Below are positions 39,485 to 48,889 of a stretch of 64,000 bases of DNA, one piece after another. The translations under genes and the position numbers were made by a program. How positions within the stretch are numbered: the stretch's first letter is position 1; every line of letters starts with the position of its first letter. The DNA lies in IMG/VR virus record IMGVR_UViG_3300021958_011649, positions 1,747 through 65,746 of that record. One strand, 5' to 3'. This DNA is from a virus. Lineage: Duplodnaviria > Caudoviricetes. A model generated the notes under the pieces. The model did no database searches. It saw only the letters and a list, made by a program, of their open reading frames with translations, and was not told the origin of the DNA.

Positions 39485-39712
39485 ATGAAGAAAGATAAAA
39501 TAACTCTGTCTGAAATTATTGACATTATTGTTCTTTTAGAAAAAAAGAAAAAACGCAAAAAGAAAAAAGCAAAAGACCAAGACGGTGATGGTAAAAACTC
39601 TTTTCGTGATGTTATGATTGCAAGATATAAAGCTTCAGGCATGTCACATGAAGACGCCGTAGAAAAAGCAATGAAATATGAGAAAATGAAATATGAAATT
39701 ATTCGTAGATAA
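39485..39712 (+). CDS. Small basic protein with DxDxDG motif
   Basis: KDQDGDGKNSFRDVMIAR; preceded by TATTTATA. Confidence 0.6.
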   Translation: MKKDKITLSEIIDIIVLLEKKKKRKKKKAKDQDGDGKNSFRDVMIARYKASGMSHEDAVEKAMKYEKMKYEIIRR

Positions 39713-40112
39713 AGGTTTAAACCTAACTGAAGAAAAGGTCAAACTAGCTGGTGAGTTTTGTCTTTTTTGTGCAGAAGAATTACCAATTGAAGGTAATTTT
39801 GAAATATACATGGTTGCTGATAGAAAACCTCACAACATAACAACAACAGCTGCATATGAAATCGGTAACAATGTTTGTAGAGTTTATTGTAAAAATAGAG
39901 CACTAGTGGACTGTCTAAGATCAATTGCACATGAAATGACTCACATGATGCAAGATGAAATGGGACTCATTGTTGGAAATATCAGAGATGCAGGTGGTTT
40001 TCACGAAGACCAAGCAAATGCTCGTGCAGGTGAACTAATAAAGAGATTTGCTAAATCTAAAGAGGGAAGAAGAGCTATTTACGAAGGAAAGCTTAAGCAG
40101 AAGCTGATTTAG
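39693..40112 (+). CDS. Zincin-like metallopeptidase
   Basis: IAHEMTH (HExxH) plus downstream EDQANA. Confidence 0.7.
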   Translation: MKLFVDKGLNLTEEKVKLAGEFCLFCAEELPIEGNFEIYMVADRKPHNITTTAAYEIGNNVCRVYCKNRALVDCLRSIAHEMTHMMQDEMGLIVGNIRDAGGFHEDQANARAGELIKRFAKSKEGRRAIYEGKLKQKLI

Positions 40113-40794
40113 ATGATCCACTTTTTAATTCAGCAATTTTCTCTTTTAATTCAACCTCATCAAAGCTTTTCATTTTTACATCAGCAATGTCAAAATGAAC
40201 GTGAACAGCGTTATTATCTCTTTCAATGATCGAGCTTTTACCTTTTCCCTTTTTAAGTTCAGCAAATTTAACAAAATCAGAAAGATACTTGTTTACAAAC
40301 TGAACAGATTTCCATATGTCATCTAAGTTTGCACCAGATATGTCAAAAGCAGCGGTGTTACCTTTCCCACCGTGTCCTCTGCCTACATGTCTTGCAACAA
40401 CCATCTTCTTTACTTTTGTAATAAACCTATGCATCGCATCAAGATCATTTTCATTACCTTTGTAACCTTTTTTCTTTGCATATTTTCTTATGATTCTATC
40501 TTGATTAGCTTGATCTCTAACAACACTTGTTAGAACAGCGCCCTCGGGAAGGAAGGGTTGTAAAACAAGCCAAGCAGTTTTTCTAGCTTGAGCATTACCA
40601 TCTGATCCCCAGTCAATACCAGTGCCACCCGGAACATTACTTGAAACCTTGTCAAGAGAAGCATCTAAATCAACATCACCTGCCAAAGATAGGTCAAGCT
40701 TTCTCGGGCCAGAATCTGCAAATTTTATTGCTAAGCTTTCATTAAGATACATGTTGCGAATTAAACTTCGCAAATGCTTTTCACTAATTTTCAT
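40093..40794 (-). CDS. Leader-bearing peptidase M15-like (D-Ala-D-Ala peptidase/endolysin fold)
   Basis: MKISEKHLRSLIRNMYLNE; LTSVVR, GH....AAFDI, ERDNNAVHVHF. Confidence 0.55.
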   Translation of the reverse strand: MKISEKHLRSLIRNMYLNESLAIKFADSGPRKLDLSLAGDVDLDASLDKVSSNVPGGTGIDWGSDGNAQARKTAWLVLQPFLPEGAVLTSVVRDQANQDRIIRKYAKKKGYKGNENDLDAMHRFITKVKKMVVARHVGRGHGGKGNTAAFDISGANLDDIWKSVQFVNKYLSDFVKFAELKKGKGKSSIIERDNNAVHVHFDIADVKMKSFDEVELKEKIAELKSGSSKSASA

Positions 40795-40796
40795 GA

Positions 40797-42479
40797 CTAA
40801 ACCTTTCTAGAAAGTCTTTTAATCAAAGCTTTAAGTTCTACACCTTCATTTAGTGTTGAGTAATCACCCGCAGGAATTGTAACGTCAATGGTTCCACGTG
40901 TTTTTCTTCTACCTGTAATCATTTTTCTAACTTGTGCTGAAAGACCTTTCTCATCAATACCATCCCAGTTAGACCTAAAATATTGAACTCTTCCACGAGG
41001 CCCAGTGTTAATTTTAATTGAATATTCGCTTGGAATCTTTTTAGAAGCTGGAAGTGTATCAACAATTACCTGCTGAAACTCTGACTTAAACTCTTCAATG
41101 TTTTTATTATCACTCAGAGGTCCTGTTATGTTAACTCTAATATCACTTACATTTTTTGGAGCTAGTTGTTGAGTTGCTCTTCTCGCTCTTTCTTGAGCAC
41201 CTTTTCTAGAAATACCCCCAGCTCTATTTCCGCCTCTTGAGCCGCCTCCTGTTGCAGGACAATTGTCTTTTTGGTCTTCTGTTCTAGCGTCAGGAAACTT
41301 TTCGTCAAGAATTCTTGTTGCTCTTGCGTTGTTGCCCAAAGACTTAAAAGCACCAAGTGGAGCATCTGCTTTCTTTCGTGTTAACCAACAACCTGTATCT
41401 TCACTAACTTTATATTCCCATGGGTCTGTGTCTGATGTAGTGTAAATCTCAACTCTATCTTTAGCTTCCTGTCCTTCACCTTCTTCACCAAGAGCAGCTT
41501 CATCTGCTGCATCTTCTGCTCCAGCAACTGCCTTTTCAACTTCCTTAGCGACTTTCACTGAAGCCTCTTGATACTGACCCCACTCATCTTGTGTCATTTT
41601 GGTTCCAAAAATATCAATAAAAGCAACGTCCATTTTATCAGCTAAAGGAGCTTCAACATATTCTCCATAATCTGATGCATCAAGCTCTTCATTGAAAACA
41701 TTCAATAAATGTGAATCCATAAACCACTCTTTTTCGTACTTTTTCTGAAAAACATCTGAAACAAAAGAAACATCAAGAATTGTTGGAATTTCATTTAAAA
41801 CTTTTTGAATCTCTTCTTCATCAGTTCCCATCCCAAACAAACCTTTTCCTGACATAATATCAATTCCGCTACCCTTTGTTGCGTTGTATAATCTTTTTGC
41901 AAAAGCTTGAGCCTCTTGATTAGAAATGAGCTCCGGTTGAGTCTTCCATTTTGCTGCCAACTGAGCGTTTCCTTGTTCTTTAAAGTTTTTTGATATCTCC
42001 AAGCAAGTTTTCTTGTATTCTTGATAAAGAGAAGCATCAAGAGCTTTTTTAGAAACTTCTCCTCCATCAGCGTGACTTGCCAAAAAATAACCTGCTGTGG
42101 CTACACCCAAAGCAACAACGCCAAGAGCAATCCAACCCGGAGGACCAGCAAGTACGCCAAGCGCCTGACCCGCACCAGCAAGTGCAGCACCACCTGCACT
42201 ACTAGCTAAAGCTCCACCAGCTAAAGCTGCACCACCCGCAGATCCACCAACACTACCAATAGCTCCTGCAAGAGCCACGGGTGCTCCATACCCTGCTAAA
42301 CCAGCGATTGTACCGTACCCTGCTAAACCAGCAGCGCCAGTTCCAACACCGGCAGCAACACCACCTAAAATATCTTTTGTAGCAGTTCCAGCCGATCCTG
42401 GACCAGCTTCATTTAATTCTGCTTCTTGAATCAACTTCTTGCGAATCAACTTTCTAATTTCACTTTCTTTTATATACAT
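40797..42479 (-). CDS. Leader-bearing multidomain protein: Gly/Ala hydrophobic segment, annexin-like repeat, GCW domain
   Basis: AKRLYNATKG..GMGTDEEEIQKVL..F.KKY..LL..F.EEL; GCWLTRKK domain shared with 45533-46666. Confidence 0.7.
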   Translation of the reverse strand: MYIKESEIRKLIRKKLIQEAELNEAGPGSAGTATKDILGGVAAGVGTGAAGLAGYGTIAGLAGYGAPVALAGAIGSVGGSAGGAALAGGALASSAGGAALAGAGQALGVLAGPPGWIALGVVALGVATAGYFLASHADGGEVSKKALDASLYQEYKKTCLEISKNFKEQGNAQLAAKWKTQPELISNQEAQAFAKRLYNATKGSGIDIMSGKGLFGMGTDEEEIQKVLNEIPTILDVSFVSDVFQKKYEKEWFMDSHLLNVFNEELDASDYGEYVEAPLADKMDVAFIDIFGTKMTQDEWGQYQEASVKVAKEVEKAVAGAEDAADEAALGEEGEGQEAKDRVEIYTTSDTDPWEYKVSEDTGCWLTRKKADAPLGAFKSLGNNARATRILDEKFPDARTEDQKDNCPATGGGSRGGNRAGGISRKGAQERARRATQQLAPKNVSDIRVNITGPLSDNKNIEEFKSEFQQVIVDTLPASKKIPSEYSIKINTGPRGRVQYFRSNWDGIDEKGLSAQVRKMITGRRKTRGTIDVTIPAGDYSTLNEGVELKALIKRLSRKV

Positions 42480-42487
42480 GTTTTCCT

Positions 42488-43150
42488 CTATGAAAATAAA
42501 TCTACTATGCTACCTAAAGCACCACCAGCAACTGCCTTCAAAGTAGAAGGAATATCCTTTAACTCAAACTCACAAATCTTTTCAGCTATTAAATCTCTAA
42601 CCTTTACGGCAAATCCAGAATCTTTAATAGCATTCTTTATCATTTCTTGAACAGTTCCCGGTAAAACCCCACTTACACCTGATGCCTGACCACCTAACAT
42701 TGATTGAATAATCTTTTGAACAACAGCATCCTCAAAGTCAATCAGTAAAATATCTGCTATTTTTTCGCATTCACCCTTTTCATACATGTCATACAATTCT
42801 GAAAAGTTAAAGCCTCTCTTAGCAAAATTCTTAACTCTGTTTGCAAACCAAATTCCTAAAAAAGAATCTGAAGCAATCCCCATTGACTGCATCAAAAATT
42901 GCACAAAAGCAAGCACAGCATAATTACCAAAACCTTCTTTTCCTGCGTCAGCAACAGAATCAAGTGCTGAATCTATATTTTCACCACCCAAAATACCAGC
43001 ATCAGATTCTACAGCTTTTTCTTCTTGCTCAACAATTCTTATAAACTCTTTAATCAAAGCTTTCTTTTTCTGAGATGAAATATTCTTTTTCTCAACAACC
43101 AAGAAAAACTTTGACATGTCAGCATATTTTAACAATTTCTGTTGTTTCAT
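42488..43150 (-). CDS. Hypothetical helical protein
   Basis: 220-aa ORF, AAAGGT SD. Confidence 0.7.
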   Translation of the reverse strand: MKQQKLLKYADMSKFFLVVEKKNISSQKKKALIKEFIRIVEQEEKAVESDAGILGGENIDSALDSVADAGKEGFGNYAVLAFVQFLMQSMGIASDSFLGIWFANRVKNFAKRGFNFSELYDMYEKGECEKIADILLIDFEDAVVQKIIQSMLGGQASGVSGVLPGTVQEMIKNAIKDSGFAVKVRDLIAEKICEFELKDIPSTLKAVAGGALGSIVDLFS

Positions 43151-43190
43151 GTGATTACCTTTCGATATTTTAATTATTACACAGCAATGT

Positions 43191-43643
43191 TTAATTCTCT
43201 AAAAGCCTGTCAATAATATTTGACCTCACACCCCAATTCTTATGCTGATCTTTTCCCATGTGATGCTCATAATGCCAAGGCATGTTCTTCTTCCCCCATT
43301 CAACATCAATGTGAGACCTGCGATGCTTAATATAATACTGCACGCAAGAAATAACTAAAACGCCATAAAAAACCGGTGCTGTAAACAAAACAGGCAAATG
43401 CAAAACAAGCAAAAATAAAATACCAAGCATCTCAAACAAAGACTCCCTGGTAAACACGTTCACATAATTCTCATCAAACATTTCGTTCTTTCGTGCAATA
43501 CGATGATGAGTACCAAAATGTCTTTTAAAAAATCGAGGAAACAACTTGACATCATGCAAGAAATACCTGTGGACCAAATACTCCATTAGATGGCCGTAGA
43601 ACCAACCAGAAGCAGCGTGTAAAATCATAACAAACCAGAACAT
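43191..43643 (-). CDS. Fatty-acid hydroxylase/sterol desaturase family membrane protein
   Basis: EYLVHR, HFGTHH, HRRSH, HYEHH His boxes, NWGV, hydrophobic helices. ATG start after GAGG. Confidence 0.8.
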   Translation of the reverse strand: MFWFVMILHAASGWFYGHLMEYLVHRYFLHDVKLFPRFFKRHFGTHHRIARKNEMFDENYVNVFTRESLFEMLGILFLLVLHLPVLFTAPVFYGVLVISCVQYYIKHRRSHIDVEWGKKNMPWHYEHHMGKDQHKNWGVRSNIIDRLLEN

Positions 43644-43653
43644 AAAACACCTC

Positions 43654-43676
43654 AAAAACACTGCAGAATTCAGTGT
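43654..43676 (-). terminator. Possible intrinsic terminator
   Basis: Minus strand ACACTG-AATTCTG-CAGTGT followed by TTTT. Confidence 0.45.
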
Positions 43677-43713
43677 GGCAATGTGTTTCAGTATTGGTCA
43701 GTTAGCTTAGATT

Positions 43714-44124
43714 TTACTCTCCGCCGCCTCCATCACCGCCGACATCGCCACCAATGTCAAATCCAAAATCTCCAAAATCACTATCATGATTATAATCGTT
43801 CCCACCATAGCCAAAATACCAACGAAGCTTCTTTGTTAATTCTTTTTTAGCTTTACTAGCCTTACTTTTTTTCTTTTTCTTTCGCTTTCGTTTTCTTTCA
43901 AGTATCGGTGTATCTTCCTCTTGAATACCATGTGATTCATGTGCTTCAGGAAGCATATCAGAATTTGCTACTTCTACTAAACTATCTGCAGGAATGTTGT
44001 GCTCAACTAATCCACCTTCCCACTCAACATCATAAAAATTTATGTTACCGTTATTATCTAAAGAGTGCCAAACAACTTCACCAATCTCATTTAAAGCAGA
44101 ACCCTTCCGCTTAACATGAGTCGC
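43714..44124 (-). other. In-frame continuation of the 44125-44775 ORF beyond its TGA
   Basis: After GHT-TGA the frame stays open (ATHVKRKGSALNEIGEVVWHSLDNNG...YDVEWEGG) and joins the 43714-43956 ORF. Confidence 0.75.
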
Positions 44125-44775
44125 TCACGTGTGGCCAATAATGTCTTCATGAGCATCAGTCTTGTTTGGGACTTGGTCAATACCATAATCATAATAAGCA
44201 TAAGAAGGTAACTTTTCCAATTCTTCTCTAATTAAATTTCTGATTGTTTTTAAAGTCAAAGATTCTTCAAGCCCACTTGTATCAATAACATCACCATTAT
44301 CATGAACTTTAATCGAAGGATCTTTTTCTGAGAGCTTCTCAATGTATTTATCGTCATCTTCAACGTCAGTGTCACCTTCTTCAGCGTCCCTCATTGATTG
44401 TGCCACGAGATCAGCACCAGCTGCACCACCTTCATCTTCTAATTTTTTCTTTGCTGCATCAACTTCAGTATCTGATATTTCTAATGATGCCTCTATTAAT
44501 GCTCTTAATTGTTTTCTTGTGATTTTTGATTCATTAAAACCACTTAATTGACGATTCAAACCTCCTAAATAAGGTACTAGCTCATCAAGAATGTCAACTT
44601 TTGTCAAGGGCTCATAAGAGTCAATTTCATCATCAATGCGGCCAACAGCCTTGTCAATAAGTCTTTCAACAGCGGGAAAAAATTGTCTTTTTAAATTAAT
44701 TCGTTTTACCTGACCATCAGACAATCCAACTTCTTCAATTAAAATATTCATTAATTGTCTTTTTGTTAGTTTCAT
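44125..44775 (-). CDS. Protein with three copies of the leader motif (polyprotein-like)
   Basis: MKLTKRQLMNILIEE; NE-SKITRKQLRALIE; EE-SLTLKTIRNLIREELE. Confidence 0.75.
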   Translation of the reverse strand: MKLTKRQLMNILIEEVGLSDGQVKRINLKRQFFPAVERLIDKAVGRIDDEIDSYEPLTKVDILDELVPYLGGLNRQLSGFNESKITRKQLRALIEASLEISDTEVDAAKKKLEDEGGAAGADLVAQSMRDAEEGDTDVEDDDKYIEKLSEKDPSIKVHDNGDVIDTSGLEESLTLKTIRNLIREELEKLPSYAYYDYGIDQVPNKTDAHEDIIGHT

Positions 44776-44993
44776 AAATTACTCTCAATTATCTCAATGT
44801 TATTAACTATTAACTGTCGCAAGGATTGATACATCTTTTTTTTAATAAACTCATCAATTTTCTTAGATAACCGCAGAGGAACAACAATGAAAATGTCATA
44901 AAAATAATAAACTCTATTAACGCCACGCGATGTTACTTTCATCTTTGGATTGCACAAAAGTCTCACAGCAAAATCAACTTGATTAGCTTTCAT
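44772..44993 (-). CDS. Small hypothetical protein
   Basis: ATGA-type overlaps at both ends. Confidence 0.5.
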   Translation of the reverse strand: MKANQVDFAVRLLCNPKMKVTSRGVNRVYYFYDIFIVVPLRLSKKIDEFIKKKMYQSLRQLIVNNIEIIESNL

Positions 44994-45214
44994 TCTAACC
45001 TCGAAACCAATTCTAAGCTTTTGGAAGAAATAAATGAAGTTCTACCTCCATAACTATAAATCTTGCAGATAAAAAAATCACAATCTTTTCTTTTTGGTAT
45101 TGTTATTCCCACAACCAAAAAATATCCCGAGTCAAATGTATTATGAGCAATTATCTGCCCATATACAAAGTTTTCAGTGTCAATCCTCTTGACAATGTCC
45201 CCCAACATTATCAT
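44990..45214 (-). CDS. Small hypothetical protein (SH3/KOW-like start)
   Basis: MIMLGDIVKR; coupled to neighbours. Confidence 0.55.
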   Translation of the reverse strand: MIMLGDIVKRIDTENFVYGQIIAHNTFDSGYFLVVGITIPKRKDCDFFICKIYSYGGRTSFISSKSLELVSRLE

Positions 45215-45225
45215 ATCTTAAATAA

Positions 45226-45462
45226 CTATTCGTCATCTAAAGATACTACTGTATAAACTCTATTATCAGTTTCTTTTCTCATTGTCCCGTCAGAAGCCAT
45301 CAGGGTTAAAAGTTTAGAATACAAAAAATTACCCGTAACTATCTTTTCCTCAACAACAAGATAATAATCAGGAGGTGCTTCTTCAACAACAGGATGAGAA
45401 CCTTGTGCCCCTAGCAACTTAAAAGTGGCGTTTAATCTAACCACATCACAAACTTTTGGCAT
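45226..45462 (-). CDS. Small hypothetical protein
   Basis: Start reset to MPKVCDVVRL after GGTGG. Confidence 0.55.
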   Translation of the reverse strand: MPKVCDVVRLNATFKLLGAQGSHPVVEEAPPDYYLVVEEKIVTGNFLYSKLLTLMASDGTMRKETDNRVYTVVSLDDE

Positions 45463-45532
45463 TTTTCCACCACAATATAATATATATAAACAAGATAGAT
45501 TATAATGTAATCGTAAATCTGGAGACATTTAA

Positions 45533-46666
45533 ATGAAAATTACAAAAAGCGAACTAAACAGGCTTATTGAGTCTTTTCTTTCAGAAGATTTGCTCACAGA
45601 AAAAGTTGCAACAAATATCAAAAACCAAATCGAAGAAATTGATAAATGTTTCACAAACCCTAGTGAAGTTCCAAAAACTAAAGAACAACTACAAAAAGAA
45701 AAAAATCCGTATGAATTGGTTAAGGGCGATTTGTTACTCGATAAAGAAGAGTTAAAAAGTAAAATTGCAGAATTCAAAGCAATTATAGATGACATTAGAA
45801 GAACTCCTGGCGGAGAAGGCGATAAAAAGAAAATGAAGTTGCTCGGAAGGGCAGAAAGATATGAAGAGCTTGAAGTTAAGCTTGAAATACTAAAGTTAGC
45901 TTTGAAACATGTCGAAGACAGTGAACAACAACAAGCAGCTACAAGACCACTTCGTCCAGCTGCAACAGACTATGATAAAATTTACGAGTCTGAAGATGAC
46001 ATATACCATTACAAAGTTGACAAAGATACGGGTTGCTGGATAACAAAAAAGAAGTCAAGCACAAAATGGTTGAAAATCAAAGGTAATCCAAAAATTAAAG
46101 ACTGGAAAAAAGTCATGGCTGCCCTTGATAAAAAATTCTCACAAGCTAGGTCTGAAGAAGACAAACAAAAATGTGATGCAGCTTCACCAGAAAAAAGAAA
46201 GGCAGGAGAAGGGCCTGAAAGAGGTGTTTCAAATATTGAAATCTATAACGCAATTAGAGATGGAAAAAGGGAATATGTTTATGTATCTGAGACAGACAAG
46301 AATGTTCCAGTATATGTGGTCAACCCTTGGGCTGTGGGTAGTGCAATCTTAGATGCAGCAACAAAAGGAGAAGCAATTTCTGCAGCAAGAGAATTTAAGG
46401 ATGAAGTAAATGAGGGTCTTGTTTTCATGGATAGATTGGGCAACGTATATTTCTATGGAGAAAATATGCAGTCAGAAAAGATTCCATATTTCAATCCCGT
46501 AGAAAAAGAAGTAAAATATTACTCAAATACAGGCGCAGCAGAACTTGGAGATAGCTTTTTTAGAAGTAATGCGGGACTAAATGCTTCAAGATTATTCAAT
46601 GACATTATCGGTTCAATGGGAACCGGAGATTTAGGAATGTTTTTACAAGCCAAATCAATAGGCTAA
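45533..46666 (+). CDS. Leader-bearing protein with GCW domain
   Basis: MKITKSELNRLIESFLSE; YHYKVDKDTGCWITKKK...LDKKF..AR.E..K..C; GGAG SD. Confidence 0.8.
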   Translation: MKITKSELNRLIESFLSEDLLTEKVATNIKNQIEEIDKCFTNPSEVPKTKEQLQKEKNPYELVKGDLLLDKEELKSKIAEFKAIIDDIRRTPGGEGDKKKMKLLGRAERYEELEVKLEILKLALKHVEDSEQQQAATRPLRPAATDYDKIYESEDDIYHYKVDKDTGCWITKKKSSTKWLKIKGNPKIKDWKKVMAALDKKFSQARSEEDKQKCDAASPEKRKAGEGPERGVSNIEIYNAIRDGKREYVYVSETDKNVPVYVVNPWAVGSAILDAATKGEAISAAREFKDEVNEGLVFMDRLGNVYFYGENMQSEKIPYFNPVEKEVKYYSNTGAAELGDSFFRSNAGLNASRLFNDIIGSMGTGDLGMFLQAKSIG

Positions 46667-46676
46667 GTTTAAAACT

Positions 46677-46991
46677 TTAAATCTCAATAACATACAAAAA
46701 GTCATTCTTCGGAGTGACTTTTTCTTTTTGTCCGGGCCGACAAAACTCTTGATGCACAATGTCAAAGTCTTCATCTAAAAACAACATCGTTAAAGGAAAA
46801 TAAACATTCTTCATTGTAAATGAGGCTCTAACAGGTGTATCATATATAAAAATCATTCCATGATTTTCGGGTAAATAATCTAAACCAGACAAACCTCTTT
46901 TTCTTTTTTCATCACTGCCTGCCACCCACAAACTATATACTTTACCATTTATCTTTGCATTTATTTTACTGTAACCCTGCAACACGTGCAA
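46677..46991 (-). CDS. DUF192 family protein
   Basis: VA.SDEKRKRGL, HGMIF.Y, FTMKNVYFPL.MLFLD, YVIEI. Confidence 0.8.
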   Translation of the reverse strand: MHVLQGYSKINAKINGKVYSLWVAGSDEKRKRGLSGLDYLPENHGMIFIYDTPVRASFTMKNVYFPLTMLFLDEDFDIVHQEFCRPGQKEKVTPKNDFLYVIEI

Positions 46992-47037
46992 TTTCTCCCT
47001 AAACTATTGTATACTAATTATACAAGGAGATACCACT

Positions 47038-47661
47038 ATGCTTATCAAAAAACTTCTCAAGACATTACTGTTTACATCATTAATTGCTTCTACAGTTGCA
47101 CAAGCAAATGAACCTAATATAGTGCACACTGCAAACATCTCAACATATCATACAAATGTTGATCATTTACATAATGATATTCACAACTATTGGTATAGAA
47201 CACCTAATGTTGTAATTTGCGAAACATCAAGTGTCACAAAAGCGCAAGTAACTGATGCAGTAAACTTTTGGAAAGAAGCTGGGTTTAAAATTGGAAAAGT
47301 TTACAAAGAAGCTGAATCAAATTACAAATGCCCAACAAATACACATGACTTTATTTATGATGTAATCTTTATAACTCATGACATGCAAAACATAGGTAAA
47401 GAAAGCTGGGGCATGACAAAAAGATTTTATGACTGGTGTGATGAATTATACGGATCAAGCGAAAATCACTGTATTAAAGGGCAAGGTTTTCACTCATATG
47501 TGCTTGGTGCCAGAATTCAATTGGCAGATGACATCCAACACAACTCTAGGGCGACAACCGTAATTGCTCATGAATTAGGTCACGCCCTAGGTTTTAAACA
47601 CGTTGATGATTATAACGATATTATGACCAGTCAACCAATCGGAAGATACCTTCCTTATTAA
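47038..47661 (+). CDS. Secreted matrixin (M10)-like metallopeptidase
   Basis: HELGHALGFKH plus Met-turn DIM; Sec-type signal ending AQA. Confidence 0.85.
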   Translation: MLIKKLLKTLLFTSLIASTVAQANEPNIVHTANISTYHTNVDHLHNDIHNYWYRTPNVVICETSSVTKAQVTDAVNFWKEAGFKIGKVYKEAESNYKCPTNTHDFIYDVIFITHDMQNIGKESWGMTKRFYDWCDELYGSSENHCIKGQGFHSYVLGARIQLADDIQHNSRATTVIAHELGHALGFKHVDDYNDIMTSQPIGRYLPY

Positions 47662-48266
47662 TCCTCAGCAAAAGGATCTTCGTCGCCAATGTCACCTAAG
47701 TCATCTTCAACTTCCATATCAGGATCGTAGAGCTCTAAAGAATCATCAACATCAAAAACATCTTCAATCTCACCGATACCTAAGTTGGCGTCTTCAAGGG
47801 CGCCTGCGAGAGCATCAAGTGCATCATCTTGTTCTTCAGTTGTAAGTAACATTGCCAATCGAGCAAGAGCATTACCAATTGCATCTTTCTTTGTCACTCT
47901 TGATGAAACCTTTTTTGGTTTTGGCATGCTCATTTCTTCAGGATCTTCGCCTCTTAAAAGTGGTCTAACCTGACCTGACATCTGGCCAGAAAAAGATCTT
48001 TGAGAACCCGGACCACCTTCTTGCCCGTAACCAAATGGCATTTCATCGCCAGGCTTTGGAAGATCTTCACCCTTATACTTTACAACCTTTCCTTTGTATC
48101 CCATGACAGGTTCTTCACCTTCACCTGGACGATCTGGATAGAGGTCAACAGTAAATTCATCACCATCTCTTTTGAAAGATTTTGGGTCAACTCTCTCATT
48201 AATTCTCATCATTTCTTCAAGAATCATTCTCTTGAGAGTCGCACGACTTAAACTTCTTTTTTTCAT
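47658..48266 (-). CDS. Leader-bearing acidic hypothetical protein
   Basis: LSRATLKRMILEEMMRINE; acidic tail. Confidence 0.7.
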   Translation of the reverse strand: MKKRSLSRATLKRMILEEMMRINERVDPKSFKRDGDEFTVDLYPDRPGEGEEPVMGYKGKVVKYKGEDLPKPGDEMPFGYGQEGGPGSQRSFSGQMSGQVRPLLRGEDPEEMSMPKPKKVSSRVTKKDAIGNALARLAMLLTTEEQDDALDALAGALEDANLGIGEIEDVFDVDDSLELYDPDMEVEDDLGDIGDEDPFAED

Positions 48267-48313
48267 TTTTTACATCTCCATAAAGAATATTAACTATAAC
48301 TATTATGCTAAAC

Positions 48314-48877
48314 CTAAGACATCTTAAATTTTCTTAAAGCAACCAGTGCATCTATCACAGGTGCCAAAGGCTCACCCTTTTCATCTAGCTTTCCATATAT
48401 CTTGCCAGACCATTCCTGTGGCACCAACTGACCATATCTTCGATATCCTGCCCTGGGATCTTCACAATCTGCAGGTATATCCCATGTCACTATATCAGAT
48501 CTAGACTTAATATAATATTCCCACACGCGTTGGGCATCAGCTGACACAGACTTACGATCTGAGGTTAGCCCGTGCTTACCAGAAAGCTCGATTGCAATAT
48601 CATATAATAACGGACCATAACCACCACGAGAATAAGATTTCTTAACCTCGTAAGCGCCACAACCATTGTTAAATTCAGCTTCAACAGCTCCAACAGCACG
48701 ATCACGAGCAACAAAGCCAGGCGGCGGATTATCCCAAGAAATACTATGCATCAATTCAATCTTATACCTTCTACCCGGGCCAAATGACACACTCACGTAG
48801 AAATCATCACCTAAATCTGACGGCATCTTCATTGCCTCAGAAATTATACTGCGTAATTTTCTTCTTGTGATTCTCAT
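48314..48877 (-). CDS. Leader-bearing GNAT-like protein
   Basis: MRITRRKLRSIISE; GYGPLLYDIAIE..SDR..S.DA..VW; paralogue of 57935-58534. Confidence 0.55.
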   Translation of the reverse strand: MRITRRKLRSIISEAMKMPSDLGDDFYVSVSFGPGRRYKIELMHSISWDNPPPGFVARDRAVGAVEAEFNNGCGAYEVKKSYSRGGYGPLLYDIAIELSGKHGLTSDRKSVSADAQRVWEYYIKSRSDIVTWDIPADCEDPRAGYRRYGQLVPQEWSGKIYGKLDEKGEPLAPVIDALVALRKFKMS

Positions 48878-48889
48878 TTAAAATTATTT

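Noticed and set aside
44125-44127. Genome-wide TGA=Trp (code 4) or selenocysteine
   Set aside because: TGA ends genes normally in ATGA overlaps (e.g. 36292-36294), Trp is encoded by TGG within the same gene, and no SECIS-like hairpin is evident after the codon
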